Origin: Lama guanicoe
Taxonomy: Eukaryota
Reading direction: 5' to 3'
NCBI GenBank assembly: GCA_013239625.1
Contig: MU056303.1
Coordinates: forward strand, 6,504,049-6,568,048
Length of the DNA: 64,000 nt
Shown here in pieces: positions 23,001-34,600 of the stretch (the first letter of the stretch is position 1; the number at the start of each line of letters is the position of its first letter). The translations under genes and the position numbers were made by a program. The notes under the pieces were generated by a model. It saw only the letters and a list, made by a program, of their open reading frames with translations. It did no database searches and had not been told where the DNA came from.

Positions 23001-24943
23001 CACCCCTGTTGTGACAACCAAAAATGTTTTCAGACCTTATCAAATACCCCTGGGTGACACTGCCCCAGGCGAGAGCCACTGTTCCAGACTAGGTTCTCAG
23101 TGACTGTCCTGAGTTTTCAATGATTCCCTGGTAAGAAGAATTAAGGTTATTCATTACATATTTTTTTCAGCCAGGCTTCCTGTTAGTAATTCTGTGTCTT
23201 GCCCCACCTGACATTTTCTTTTATTTGAATAGAAATGATTGCAACCGCCACTGTGAAGTGTACAAAGACTTCCTCCTTCCCCCTGACTTGCTTGGGTTTG
23301 ATGCGCTCTCCTCGTGATATTTCTAAAAAATTAAGGAGAGAAAAATGCACCCAAAGAAGAATCAGTGATGTCACTAAGACACTGTTTATTCTCACTGACA
23401 GCGTCTACCAGGACCGGACCTTCTGGATGAAGGAAGCACGGGCTGACTTACATTCCTGGGCGAGCTCCCGATTTCGTCCTGACAGCGGTCACTTAGAGTA
23501 GCCCTTCCTGAGGTCCCGGCTGTGCGAACTGGTGGCCGTTAGTGTTTTCATCCTTTTTTAGCCCTCTCTTCACATTTCTACTGTTCTGTTTTGTTATTTT
23601 TTCCATCTCTGGGCAGACTGTTCAACCAACAACCCTGCTCAGATGCAGCTGCGCCAGGAGCTGAACACGTCCCTCCAGCTGGCCGAGAAGTTCAGCAAGC
23701 TGTACGACCAGCTGCTGCAGTCCTATCAGCAGAAGATGCTCAACACGTCCTCTCTGCTGGCACAGCTGAACGAGCAGTTCAGCTGGGTGTCCCGGCTGGC
23801 CAACCTCACGCAGGGCGAAGGCCAGCAGTATTTCCAGGTCACTACGGTGAGTCTGTCCTGACCGCACACAGAAGTTGGGCCCTAGGTGTGGTCTAGCGGT
23901 GACGTGTTCCTTCCCTGTGGGTAAAATGGGATGAAGATGCCAAAGGGGACCACTTCTGGTTTTGGCTAAGCATATATTGAATGGCAGAAAACAAAACCTT
24001 CAGGTACAGTGGTGCATGGAAGCCTCATGATCCCATTTTCCAGGTGAGGAAACTGAGGTCAGATAACCGAGGGGTGATCACCTGGGTCTCTGCCCCTGAC
24101 CGCCTGGCTGCGGGGCCAGGGCCCTTTTCACAGAGCTTCTTGCTGCCCCACCCCACGTTGCAGATGGCTCATGAACTGGCCCACTGTTCTCTCCCCAGGA
24201 TGAGAAGCTTCTCTCTAGTGCGGGGAACTTTTTTTTTCCCTTCCCTGGATTCGTCTCCTACCACTGCCTGCCCAGTGGCTGCCCAAAGGAGACATGGTGG
24301 CTTGGAAACCACGTTTTACTCAGTGGGGGCTCCCCCGGGGCTGGTCATTCACAGATGGAATTCACACCCACAAACACGTGTCTCTGAATTAGGGCATTTC
24401 TGTTCGCAGAGTGGTACAGACGTCGAGATTAGTAAAAAGCAAAGGGGTCAGCTGCTCAGAAGTAAGCCTGATTTGAGCTGCCAAATGAGTCTGCGCTGAC
24501 CACTCATTCCGCCCCTCTCCTGCCTTCTCTCCTTCTAGGTGAGCTCCCACAACTCCGACCCCAGCGTTCCCTCCGGCCTCACCAAGGTGGTTGTGAATCT
24601 GTTTGATTCCCAGCCCATCACTGTGACGGTTCCGGAAGAAGTCTCCAATCCTAAGTTCATGGAGACCGTGGTGGAGAAAGCACTGCAGAAATATCGCCAA
24701 AAGCACCGGTGAGTGTGCGGGCCTCGCTGGCGGCCCCTCCCGGCCCAGCAGGTCCCTGGAGGGGGCCGGAAAAAAGGGCGAGTCCCGGCTCTAGCAGCCT
24801 GAGCCCAGCGGGAAGCCAGCACGTCTGGGAATTTTCTTTTTCTTTTGGGCAATGTTCTTTCTGGGTTGATAAGAATGGGAGTGTTTGTTGCTACTTCTCA
24901 GTGACTATCCCCTCCTCAACCCTTTTTCTTCAGGGAAGAGTGA
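14569..24943 (+). CDS. CLU: Clusterin (apolipoprotein J), complete spliced CDS, 445 aa: join(14569..14662,15905..16053,18384..18554,20093..20504,21598..21699,23617..23846,24539..24708,24934..24943)
   Basis: Signal peptide [21 protein letters not shown]; Cys clusters [28 protein letters not shown] and [21 protein letters not shown]; RFAR|NLMPF alpha/beta cleavage site. All introns are GT-AG with compatible phases; total 1338 nt ending in TGA. Confidence 0.97.
15905..16053 (+). CDS. CLU: CLU exon 3
   Basis: ttgcag| ... [49 protein letters not shown] |gtaagg; 149 nt. Confidence 0.96.
17004..17066. repeat. (TTC)n/poly(T)
   Basis: Read directly. Confidence 0.9.
17102..17267 (-). mobile_element. 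Same tRNA-Ala-derived SINE, in CLU intron 3
   Basis: Reverse complement of GTGGTAGAGCGCATGCTCAGCATGCACGAGGTCCTGGGTTCAATTCCCAGC plus an AATTACCTCCCC 3' body. Confidence 0.85.
17537..17740 (+). mobile_element. 5'-truncated L1 3' end with a 14-bp target-site duplication
   Basis: AAAAAGCAGAAGAG at 17523-17536 and 17741-17754; L1 3' UTR-like text ending ACTCAATAAAAA. Confidence 0.8.
18384..18554 (+). CDS. CLU: CLU exon 4
   Basis: ctgcag|[10 protein letters not shown]...[11 protein letters not shown]|gtgaac; 171 nt. Confidence 0.96.
18590..19470 (-). mobile_element. MER21-like LTR in CLU intron 4
   Basis: CAGCTGAGTGTCCTCCAGTTCAACTCT...CAGACCCCACAGGCTAAG...CACTTCTGACCAAC; inverse-similar to 58710-59530. 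Confidence 0.6.
20093..20504 (+). CDS. CLU: CLU exon 5
   Basis: cgcag|[25 protein letters not shown]...PTAEFPG|gttaga; 412 nt; contains the RFAR cleavage motif. Confidence 0.96.
21598..21699 (+). CDS. CLU: CLU exon 6
   Basis: ttccag|..[33 protein letters not shown]|gtgagt; 102 nt. Confidence 0.95.
22870..23081. mobile_element. MER20 hAT-Charlie element
   Basis: GCATCCCTGGCC...GATGCCAGTAGC...GTTGTGACAACCAAAAATGT...GAGAGCCACTG. Confidence 0.75.
23617..23846 (+). CDS. CLU: CLU exon 7
   Basis: ggcag|..[16 protein letters not shown]...YFQVTT|gtgagt; 230 nt. Confidence 0.96.
24539..24708 (+). CDS. CLU: CLU exon 8
   Basis: ttctag|[56 protein letters not shown]..|gtgagt; 170 nt. Confidence 0.95.
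24934..24943 (+). CDS. CLU: CLU exon 9 coding part (R-E-E-stop), followed by the 3' UTR
   Basis: tttcttcag|G GAA GAG TGA. Confidence 0.93.
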
Positions 24944-25183
24944 GATGTGAACGCTGCTTTTCTACATATGGGGGCATCTGAGTCCCGCTGCCCCCGAGAT
25001 GAGCCACAGGCCCCTAGAGAGATCGCTGCACATCACCATGTGACCAGGCCCCGGGCCAGAGGCCCTCCTGACTCCCCCCCCCCATCCCCACCCCTGGCCC
25101 CAGACTCTCCTCCCTCTGGACTCCACACTCTAATGCCTGCATTCGCTGATCATGGGAAGAGCTTCCCTGCATGCCATTAACTC

Positions 25184-25189
25184 AGTAAA
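25184..25189 (+). terminator. CLU proximal poly(A) signal, variant AGTAAA
   Basis: About 240 nt after the stop, followed by GU/U-rich sequence; no AATAAA seen in the proximal UTR. Confidence 0.55.
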
Positions 25190-28100
25190 CCGCCTTGTAA
25201 TCTGAATGTTCTGGTGTGTCCTCTTTATGCTGTTTTTTTTTTTTAACCTTCCACACACTTTCATTTTTGATATGGAAAAACAAAAGAAGGAGAAAAGAAA
25301 AAGCAATGGCTCAGATGGTACAGAGAGCATCATATGGTTGAGAACAGAAGGAGCGGGATGATGAAGCCGACCCAGTTCTAGGGTTTCTTGCTTTTAGGAA
25401 GAGTGATGTGTCCCAAAAGCCAATTAAAATCTGTTTCTGAAAAGCGAATCTTTTCCATTTCATTATAAAGCAGATACCTCTTCTGACTGGGGTGGGAGTG
25501 ACCTCCTAAGGGAATACACTGAAAATCAGGGTGAAGAAATAGTAAAAATAAGGTACACCAGTTACTTTAACACGCAATTGATAGTTCTCTTATGGAAAAT
25601 GTCCCCCAAACACAAAATGAGGAACTTTTCTTTTTCAAAAAAGAGCGTGGAATCCCTGTGGCACCTTCCTGAAGGTGGCATTGTTTGCCTACTGTCAGTC
25701 TACACAACCTTGCTATCTTTCCCTCGACCCCAGGAATTTCCCCTCTGCCTGGCTTTTTTCTTGATGACGACTCACCCCTCAGTCCAAAATATAACTGGCC
25801 TGCAGCACCCAATTCCGCCAGCAGGTGGACCTGACTAACCGTGCTCCTTATTTTAACATTAAATTATGAAGCCTTCCCGTTTTGAATATTCTCTACAGAA
25901 TTTTGTTCATCCAATGTACTTCAAATGGAAGTAAAGACCATCTGGATGCATCCCACATTTGTAGCAGAGTCCATATGTAAATTAAAAGCTCGGAATATTC
26001 TTAGCTTACCATTCCTTGTCTCTCCTTCTAAGTTGTAAGCACCTTTGCCACACAAGCCATAAACCCCAGGGTTTAGCTTCTGTCCACAGACGCTAACACC
26101 TTAGTATTGCTGCCAAGGGAATTCAGAGTCAAGTTAGTATGACTCACGTAAAGGTATACATTAAGTAGGGTTACACGTTCAGAAGGCATTTGCTACAATG
26201 ACCACAATTTTAAATTATATATTACATTCATATCACACATTATGTTTCAAAAGTTGTCTTCTGTGTCCCATGATGATGCTGGGAGTCAGTCTAACCAGTT
26301 GTTGCTTCTTTTTATGCAACTTCCTTTAAACCCTCCCAGACGAGCCCCTTGAAAGACTGAGCCTCCAGCTGACCCTGAGTTTCCCTGGGACCCCTTCTCG
26401 CCATCCTTTTTCCCACTTTGCACAGTCGCCTGGTTTGAGGGTCCTTGGAGGTCCTTCCCTCCCTGACAGAAGTTCCAGCCTTAGGCCCTAGAAAATTTGA
26501 GTCAGGACAGGAGGTCACCAAGGTGCAAGGATGGGATGTTGGTCACCCTGGCTGGGGGACTGTGGATAACGAGCCCTCAGTTTCTGGCTTCTAGGAAGCT
26601 GGTGGCAGGGCAGGAGCAGGGCCTGATGTTCTGAGAAGAAAGGGCTTGGGGTCTGCCGCCTGGCAAGGGGGTGTGGCACCAACCCCCCGTTAGCTTCTCT
26701 GTTGATACTTGACGGCCCTCTGCCAGAAAATTGTAATTGGATAGCATCTCTGATGACTGCGAGGTGAAATGACACCAGAGTTGTGCAGTGTGCAGCTTGG
26801 GTAACGGTAACCAGCAGCCCTGGACCAACTGCAGTGCTCTAACACCCGGTCAATTGCTTTGTGTCCTCCAATCAGGTCCCCACAATTTCCCTCAAGGCAA
26901 GGCTATTGCCCCCCAAAGAACAAAGGCTCCCAGGAGTGGCCCTCATTAGAGATGTGTGACTGGGAAGGCCTAGAGGGGAGAAGACTCAACCCCAGTACCC
27001 TGTGGCCCACAGAGGCTAATCAAGGGGCCCCTGGTCTGGGGATCCTACACTGGGAAGTGGCAGGGACTAGGGGAGGTGTTGGAGCCAGGAAGCCGCCCAG
27101 CAGTGTGCCATCACCACCGAGTGCTGGGGGTGGGGGTAGGAGGCATTCAGCTTGGGCTTCACTCTCCCAGGGCCTCCAGTGTGGCTTCTGGCAGCATCCC
27201 CCGAGGGTTACATGGTCACGGAGTCACACTGCCAGGACTGAAGGAAAGTGCTCACCGCGTAGCAGTAACTTTGTCCCACCCGAAGGGGGCTGGAGGCCTA
27301 GACGAGGGTGGACACAGGTGCCCGAGCCAATTCACGGCCGGCCCAAGAACACCATCCACTTGTCTAGCAGTAGCCAGTGTCCAGTTCAACAGATCGAGCA
27401 AGACGCTGCCCACGTCACATAACCTCAGAGAAACTTGATCAGGGGAGAGGAGGACCAGGGGGTCCAGCTCGGGACCACGGCCCTCCCTACTCTGATCTTT
27501 GTTCTCCGAATGGGAGGAGGATGAGGGGGCAGCCTGTGTGCCCCTCACCTCCTCACCCCTTCTCCCTTGATGGGCGAGAGGAAGGGTCTTGCTTTGGATA
27601 GGAGGGTGACATTCCAAAGTAAACTGATCGTTTTATTAACCGTGACCTTTTCAGGAAGTAAAACCATCTGGTTGGGCTGTTATCAAGTGCTGAGAAGAGT
27701 GTCCAGAATGAATAAAACTGTTTCATGCTTTTGCCTCCAAACGAATTGAAACTCCACATAAACGGATTCCAGGAGTTACATGAGTTAAGCTTGAGGTTCC
27801 CACAGGAAGCGTACAGGAGAGAGGTAAATGCAAGTTAGGGTGTAGAAATAATAATAAGGGCCATTTATCTGCAGTCAGGCAGAGTTGGGGGTCAGACCCT
27901 GGTCTCATCCCAGGGTCTGTGGGTCCCTGGCTGCCACTTTTAGCTGCCCAGGCTCCCACCCCAGTACCCTCTCCAGACCCAGCCTTTGCCTGGTGTCTTC
28001 TACCTGTGTCAGAATAGCTTGGCAAACCTAGGAAATATTAAATAGTTCTAGAGACAACTGGAGAAAAACTCGGATCTACAGAGTTTATTAACAGCATTGC

Positions 28101-30906
28101 GGATTACTAAATCAGTCAACACGATAGCAGGAAATGCTGGGCCACGTGGAACACATTTACCTGGTTAATAATGAACCCTTTGTTTGCCTCTGAGATATCT
28201 CCACCGCTGGGGCAGAATCCTGCTAGATGGTGACGTTGCTCAGTGTGGGGTGGGCGGTGGGTGACGGCAGTCTGTCCAGCTCCTCCCGCCCCGCCCCTAA
28301 GCTCTGGGGTCTCACTCACTCACCATCAACAGTTGCCTTCAGCTGGCTCAAGTCCACTCTCACGCTGGGGAGGGGGACTCACTTGGGCTGGGAAAGGTGA
28401 TGGAGAGAGGTCACATTTCCTGCCTGCCCTCATTTGTTGCCTCCAGCAACTGGGGGAACAAAGACGGTGACCTTCAACTGGTACCCGTTGTTCTCCTGCA
28501 ACCTTCTCTTGACCCCCAGTCCGTCCGACGCCCAAGTCAATAAAAACTAGCACCTGACCCAGCCTTCGTGCCAAGCAGGCACATCCCCGCGGCGGCGGTG
28601 GCGGGTAAACCATTTGCTCCAGCCTCACAGCCATAAAGAGACTTTTGTCCTCTCTATGAAGGACGTCCTGTACGGTCACAAAATCAGAGATGCACCCACG
28701 CCATCAAAGGAAGGTGCTCATCCTCCAAATTCAAGCCTGCGCCGCCTCGCCAGGCCACCTGCCCTGAGCGCACAAGGGCCTCTTTAAAGCAATATCCTGT
28801 CGTCACCTGGAGCCCAGCACGGCCCTGTCTTGCTCCGTGTGTATGAAAGCATCCAGGCGCGGTTGTCAAAAATGAAAACAAGCTGAATTTTTGATCACTC
28901 TTTTGGGGAGCTTTCTGGAAATGTCTGGGCCTCTCTTGACCTCAGAAGGGCATTCAGAGATTGCCTGTGTTCTTTCCCCTTCAGTTCATGGACTTTTCAA
29001 GGAACTATTTTTCGTAGTCCCTTTTTGTCGCTATTTTCCTGCTTCCGCTCTCCCATGCTCGCGCTAGCTCCTTGCCTGTGGCTTCAGTTCAGACTGGAGA
29101 CCTACGGGTAAGCGCTTCCTTGCCTAAGAAAGAAGGGGACCCAGAGGCATCCTTATGAATTTGAAACCTGCTTTGCGGAGAGGACTCTTCCCTCTCGGTT
29201 GCCCCTCCGCCAGGGCGCCCCTCAGGGTTTGCTCCCTTCTCTGGGGCCTTCCTGGCCACTTCACAGTTTGGGACTAGTCAGCCCCCGGCGTTGAGGCTGT
29301 TCCTCCTCCGCAAGTACCTCGCTGGGTCCCGACAGCTGCCGCCAGAGGGCGCGGTGAACCCCTGTTCCCGGCGGACTGACCTTGAGAGAAGGAGCAGAGC
29401 TGGGCTGTGGCTCCACTGATGCTGGGCTGCGCCGACCCCTCCGCAAGTCAGCTGACCCACCCACCTCCCCTCACCTCCTCAGGGCCTGGCCCGTGCAGGT
29501 GGCCACGTTGACTTGGCTGATTTGGGGTTATCCCCATGCGGAGACACCTGCAAGTGAAGTAGAGGGGCATCTGCCTTGAGCTTTTAAATGCCCCACATCT
29601 TTGCACTTTGGGGGGCTTTCTGAGTGGTCGTGCATCCTTCTGGGCCCCTCAGAGCTCACCCGGACCCCGCCCAACCTCAGCTGTGCACCTGCGGGACGCA
29701 GGCGCCAGGCGGCTTCCCTGAGCGGAGAGCTGCCCGCAGTCCACGCACTCCACTTGGTGAGATTCGCAGGTTTCCTTTCGGCAGGTGACTCTTACCCGAG
29801 AATTCAACTTTGAGAGTCACTCATCTAGCAGCTCCGATGCTGTACTACGATTTACTTTCACACTGGCCTGCGGGGACCCATTCTTCATCCTTCCATCCTA
29901 TTGCTCAGATGCTGCTGGCAATCCCTGTCTGCTGTTAATGGTACAGGCCCCAACACTCAGCACACTCAGGTTTCCAAGTACTCTGAGATGAGGAGAGTGT
30001 TTGCCACTGGGGCTTCCACTACCTGAGGCTTGGACCTGAGGGCAGGGCTGGGAGAGAAGAAAAACCAGGGGAACCTGGTCCAGCAGTGGCCAGGAGGAGG
30101 CGAGAGAGGAGAGAAAAAGTAGATCTGGATCCGCGATGCTTTCAGGAGCCCAATTTATGGCCTTGGTACACACTTGGTATCAAAAGGACTCTGCAATGAG
30201 AACTTGGGGGGAAGGATGACCTTCAGGCATCAAGAGATCCCAAATCAAATGAAGAAAGGGCACCCAGTTTCTCTGGTAATCAGAAAAACCGATTTCTAGA
30301 ACATTCTTTTGCCCCAGCATTCCAAAAAGTTGAAGTTTTACTGAATCTTAAGGTTTTGGACACAGGCCATTGCACTGTGTGTTCCTTGTTTATACTTCTC
30401 TCCCAGGGTAGATGTGTGGGAGGCGCCAGCAGACCACGGAACAGACAGGGCACGCCTTCCTGGAGCAGAGGTGTCATTTAGAGATTTGCAAAAGAAAACA
30501 TCATTCGAAAGTTTAACACATAATTACATAGTGGGATAGAATGCAAAATTTATAGTTTTAAAAGACTAAATTCAAGCTCGCAAAAATATAGGGCTTCAAG
30601 ACATACTCTGGCTGAAACATTTCTTGACGGATGCCAAGAACCTGTCCTAAGGTTCTTGCAATTCTCCCAAAGCACTTGGCACCTAGAAGATGTTCATCAA
30701 AAGCTCCATGAAAGAGTAGCTGCAAAGTGTGGGAGGTCAGAGGCAAATTGAAACTAAGTTTGCAAAAGAAATAGGAAGACCATTTTCCAGCAAGTCCAAG
30801 ACCCATAACCTCCGGAGGAAAGCTGGGGAGTCAGGGAGCCTCCTGCTCCCAAAGGATTACCTCGGGGATGAAGAGGAGGGAGCAGAGGATCAATCAATTC
30901 TTCACC

Positions 30907-30912
30907 TTTATT
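30907..30912 (-). terminator. GULO poly(A) signal
   Basis: TTTATT on + (AATAAA on -), about 600 nt after the GULO stop. Confidence 0.75.
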
Positions 30913-31509
30913 AAAAACAAAGCAAGGAGAGTCCCACGCCCCAAATATCCTCTGGAAGAGACTCGCTGCCCGTCGGGCTTCGGGACGTCAGATGCCCTCT
31001 GGGAGGGGGCAGTCCCTGGGCAGGGGGCAGTCATCTGAGCATCTGAAAGACCCTCACGAGTGAAAGAAAGCAGAGCACAGCACACACGACCTCGGTGCCC
31101 AAACACATGCAGGTGGCGCCCCTCCCTACGACCCCTGGAGCTCCAGACACTCTGCGGGCAGGTGAAACCTTTGGATGGCTGAGTCCTGACCGCCTGGCCA
31201 AAGGGAACATTTGCGGGTTTCTCTGTCTCTTGGGAAAACAGAATGTGATTGTAGGCTTGGGCGAAAAAGGTGTGGCTAAAGATGTAAAGGCAGACTTGGC
31301 CCTCTCCCTTTCTGTGGGGACGAAGGACGTCAGGGGGGTGCCCAGGCTCACTGCTGAGGGTCGGAGCAGCTGCGGGCGCTGTGGCTGAGGGTGGCTGGGG
31401 GAGAGGTCTGTTCCCCTATGAGGCCAGTGGGACACTGAGCCTCCAGCCTCATCGGAGGTGGCCCTGGGGGAGCGGATGGGGTGAGCTCGACTTGTTTTCT
31501 GTTTCTGCT

Positions 31510-31638
31510 TCAGTAGAACACCTTCTCCAGATATGCGTTCAGGAACATCCCAGTGGGGTCCAGCTTTTCTCGGATGGCACAGAACTTCGGAAAGGCAGGG
31601 TACATTTTCTCGAAGTCCTTCCGGGTGCAGTTGTGGGC
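31510..31638 (-). CDS. GULO: GULO exon 12 coding part
   Basis: [42 protein letters not shown]. Confidence 0.96.
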   Translation of the reverse strand, partial: AHNCTRKDFEKMYPAFPKFCAIREKLDPTGMFLNAYLEKVFY

Positions 31639-34600
31639 CTGGGGAAGCAACCAGATACAACAGGCTTTGTTCCCCGGTGCTGGCATTTCAGTGGGGCTGC
31701 AAGCATGCACTCGAGTCAGTGTGCCCCCATCTGGGACACTGCTACCCCCAGGCACACACACACAGCACAGGCATGCACGCACATGCTCACACCTACACAT
31801 GCACGCATGCACACACATGCGTGTACCCACACCCGTGTGTGTACACGCACACACGCACAGACATGCATGCATTCACCTGTAATGCAGAGACCCAAACAGG
31901 AGGAGGAGGAAGTTCTTGGAAAGTAAAGAAGGAAGTTGTTAAAATGCAGCATTAAGCCCCCTATTCCCTTTGCCACCGGACAGTGTGCCAGTGGAGAGGG
32001 TTCTGGTAATTCTGCTAATTGTAAGTCCCAAGTTCCGTCACCTCCCAGTGTCCTGTCTGTTAAATGGACCACTGCCTTATCCTGCTTGAGAGTCTCTGTG
32101 AGAATCAAAAATGAAATGAAAGATGAGGACTTTCTCTGAAAACGCCGAGGGAATGACAATCACCGGGCTGCTGGAACATGAATGCAGAGGGGAGCTGGGT
32201 CTGGGCAGGGTGGTTGAAGCCCTCCTTCCCGGGCTGTGCTCAGCCCGCGTTTCCGACACCCGAGCCTGGGGCAGGCACGGAAACAGGGGGAGAGCGGCGC
32301 CCTCTCGTGGAAGCCCCAGCAGCTGCCCAGCTGACACCCCGGGTGAGGCTCTGACCCGCAAATCCTACCTTGGCCCAGTGGGGTCTGCCCCCCACCTTCT
32401 TCATGATGGTCTCATAAGCCAGCCAGTAGTCCAGCCGCGGCACGTCCTTGCCGTAGGGCCTGGAGAAGGGGCAGAAGGGGGTGAGGCCTGTCTGCGCCCT
32501 GTGCCGCCCACCTGCCGTCATCAGGCACCGGGTCCATGCGGCGCCCCGCACTTGGTCTGTGACGCGGAGACCAGGACTTGAGTGGCGCTGCCCACGAGAC
32601 ACGGACCAGAGTGACCCAGCACCTTGGGGGTCTTTGCTCGGAAAGATTTGGAAAAAGCTTGCATCCTCTTGCATATTTTTTAACTGGCAACTGAGAGCTA
32701 TCACGAATTTAAATAATTTCAAAGATTTGTGTGGAGATATATATATGTGTGTGTGTGTATATATATATACATATATATACTCATTTAGTATAAAGATTTG
32801 AATTTTAAATCTAAGTATTTTAAGATGCAAACTAAAAATTTCAATGTAAAATTATTTTGAAGCTATATATGCACACATACTTATCGTTAAGAAATAAATA
32901 TATAAATATTTATATCAGAATCACTTCATTCTATGGTTGAAACCATGACCATGTAACCTAGTTGGTCTGTCCTTGCTGTGGAGTCAGACTGACTGAGAGA
33001 AAAAGCCTAAGTCAGAACTTTTAAAAATCCCAATGTTCTGATGCAGCCCCATGGCACCTTTCCCAGTTCAGAATTTTCATTCCCAGGTAGAGAGAAGATG
33101 AACAGGCAGACAGACAGACAGAGAGATGAGGACTGAGCCTTGCCACAAGTTTGTCCCTACGTTTAAGAAGCTGCCTCCCATTCAGTATGTGCTTTAGTAC
33201 ATTCTTGAAGCGTCCCTTGAGAGCCTCTAAACTTGGTAGTTTTTACTAGCTGGAGAAAAGTCAGGCTGATCAAGAGGTATCTTGTTCTTCTGCAAAGTCA
33301 GAGGAGGGCTGTGATCAGTGAGGGACAGGAAAGAAGGAAGATGCATCTTAAGCAGGAAGTTTTAGAAAAGATGAGGTTCTTAAACTCCGTATGTCTGTAA
33401 GTTTTAGACTGGAGCCTGCTGCATACGTAACTAGGGAAAAGAAAACGCTGTCATGAGTGGCAGGCAAGCACCGGGCCTGGTGGCCTGCTCAGAATGGGCA
33501 GGTGCACCCACATAGAAGTGTCACATCAAGCGTGATTCAATCTCTTTTCTACTGGACTTAAACCCGTCCTCATAGTCCTTCTCAACACAGCATTCCAGGC
33601 TCTCGGAATCATTGACTAGGGTGGGCACTTCAGGTAGCATAAGTTTGTCATCCCATAATGTCAGCTTCACATATGGTGGCTATGCAAATTAACATGACTC
33701 ATTAATTAATATTAATTAGTGTATTAACAGAATATGGACTAGAAATGGTAGTTATAGGAACTCCAAGGAGAGAGAGAGACTCTTTTCTGCTGCTGGGATC
33801 AGGGAGGTCTCCCTGGAGGAGGTGGTATTTGAACCGGCCTTGAAAGATGGGGAGGATGGGGGGCCTTTGGACTTGGAGGGGCTGGCTCGCCCCACTGGCC
33901 CTCCCTGCAAGCCAGTCACCTGTACATGATGATGTTCATGTAGCAGCTCTCTCTCTGGAAGCAGGGGCTCAGCAGGATGTTGTCCCCCCGCGCAAAGCGC
34001 ACCTCCACGGGGTAGTGGGCCACCACCTTGGGGTGCGCCTCCAGCATGGCCTTCAGCTCCAGCAGGGCCTCCTTGGTCTTCTCTCTGCACCCAGCCCAGG
34101 GGGGTGGAACCAGACTTCAGGATGGGGCGTCTGGGAGCCATCCCCTGAGGCTCTGCATGACCCCTCAGCAGAGGCGGCCTCGGGGCTCCCCTTGTGCTGC
34201 TCTCCAAGCCCTCCTCATGGAAGTAGAGATTTACTGCCTGGTCCCAGTTCAACCCCCAGGGCCCCCACCAAATCAGGGGCCTCCTTCAGGTGTCGGGCCA
34301 CGGCTGTCCCACAGCCTGCCTCCTCTTCTTCAGAGAGAGTCAAGTCACTCTGATTCCAAGATTTCTACTTTGTCTAATAGTCCTGCCCAGAGAGTCTGGT
34401 GGCTGCAGCCCCTGGACACAGTACCAGAGGCATCCCTTAAGGCGTGGCCACCATCCCCCCTTTTTCCTGGAGAGGGACAAAGACGAGGAGTGGCAGTTCA
34501 GAGAGAAAGCTGCAGTGAGCCGGGCGGCAGACCTAGCCTCGGTCTTTCCGGGTCCCTACTACCTCGGAGTTCTGGCCCCCAGGCTGCCCTGTGGGCTCTG

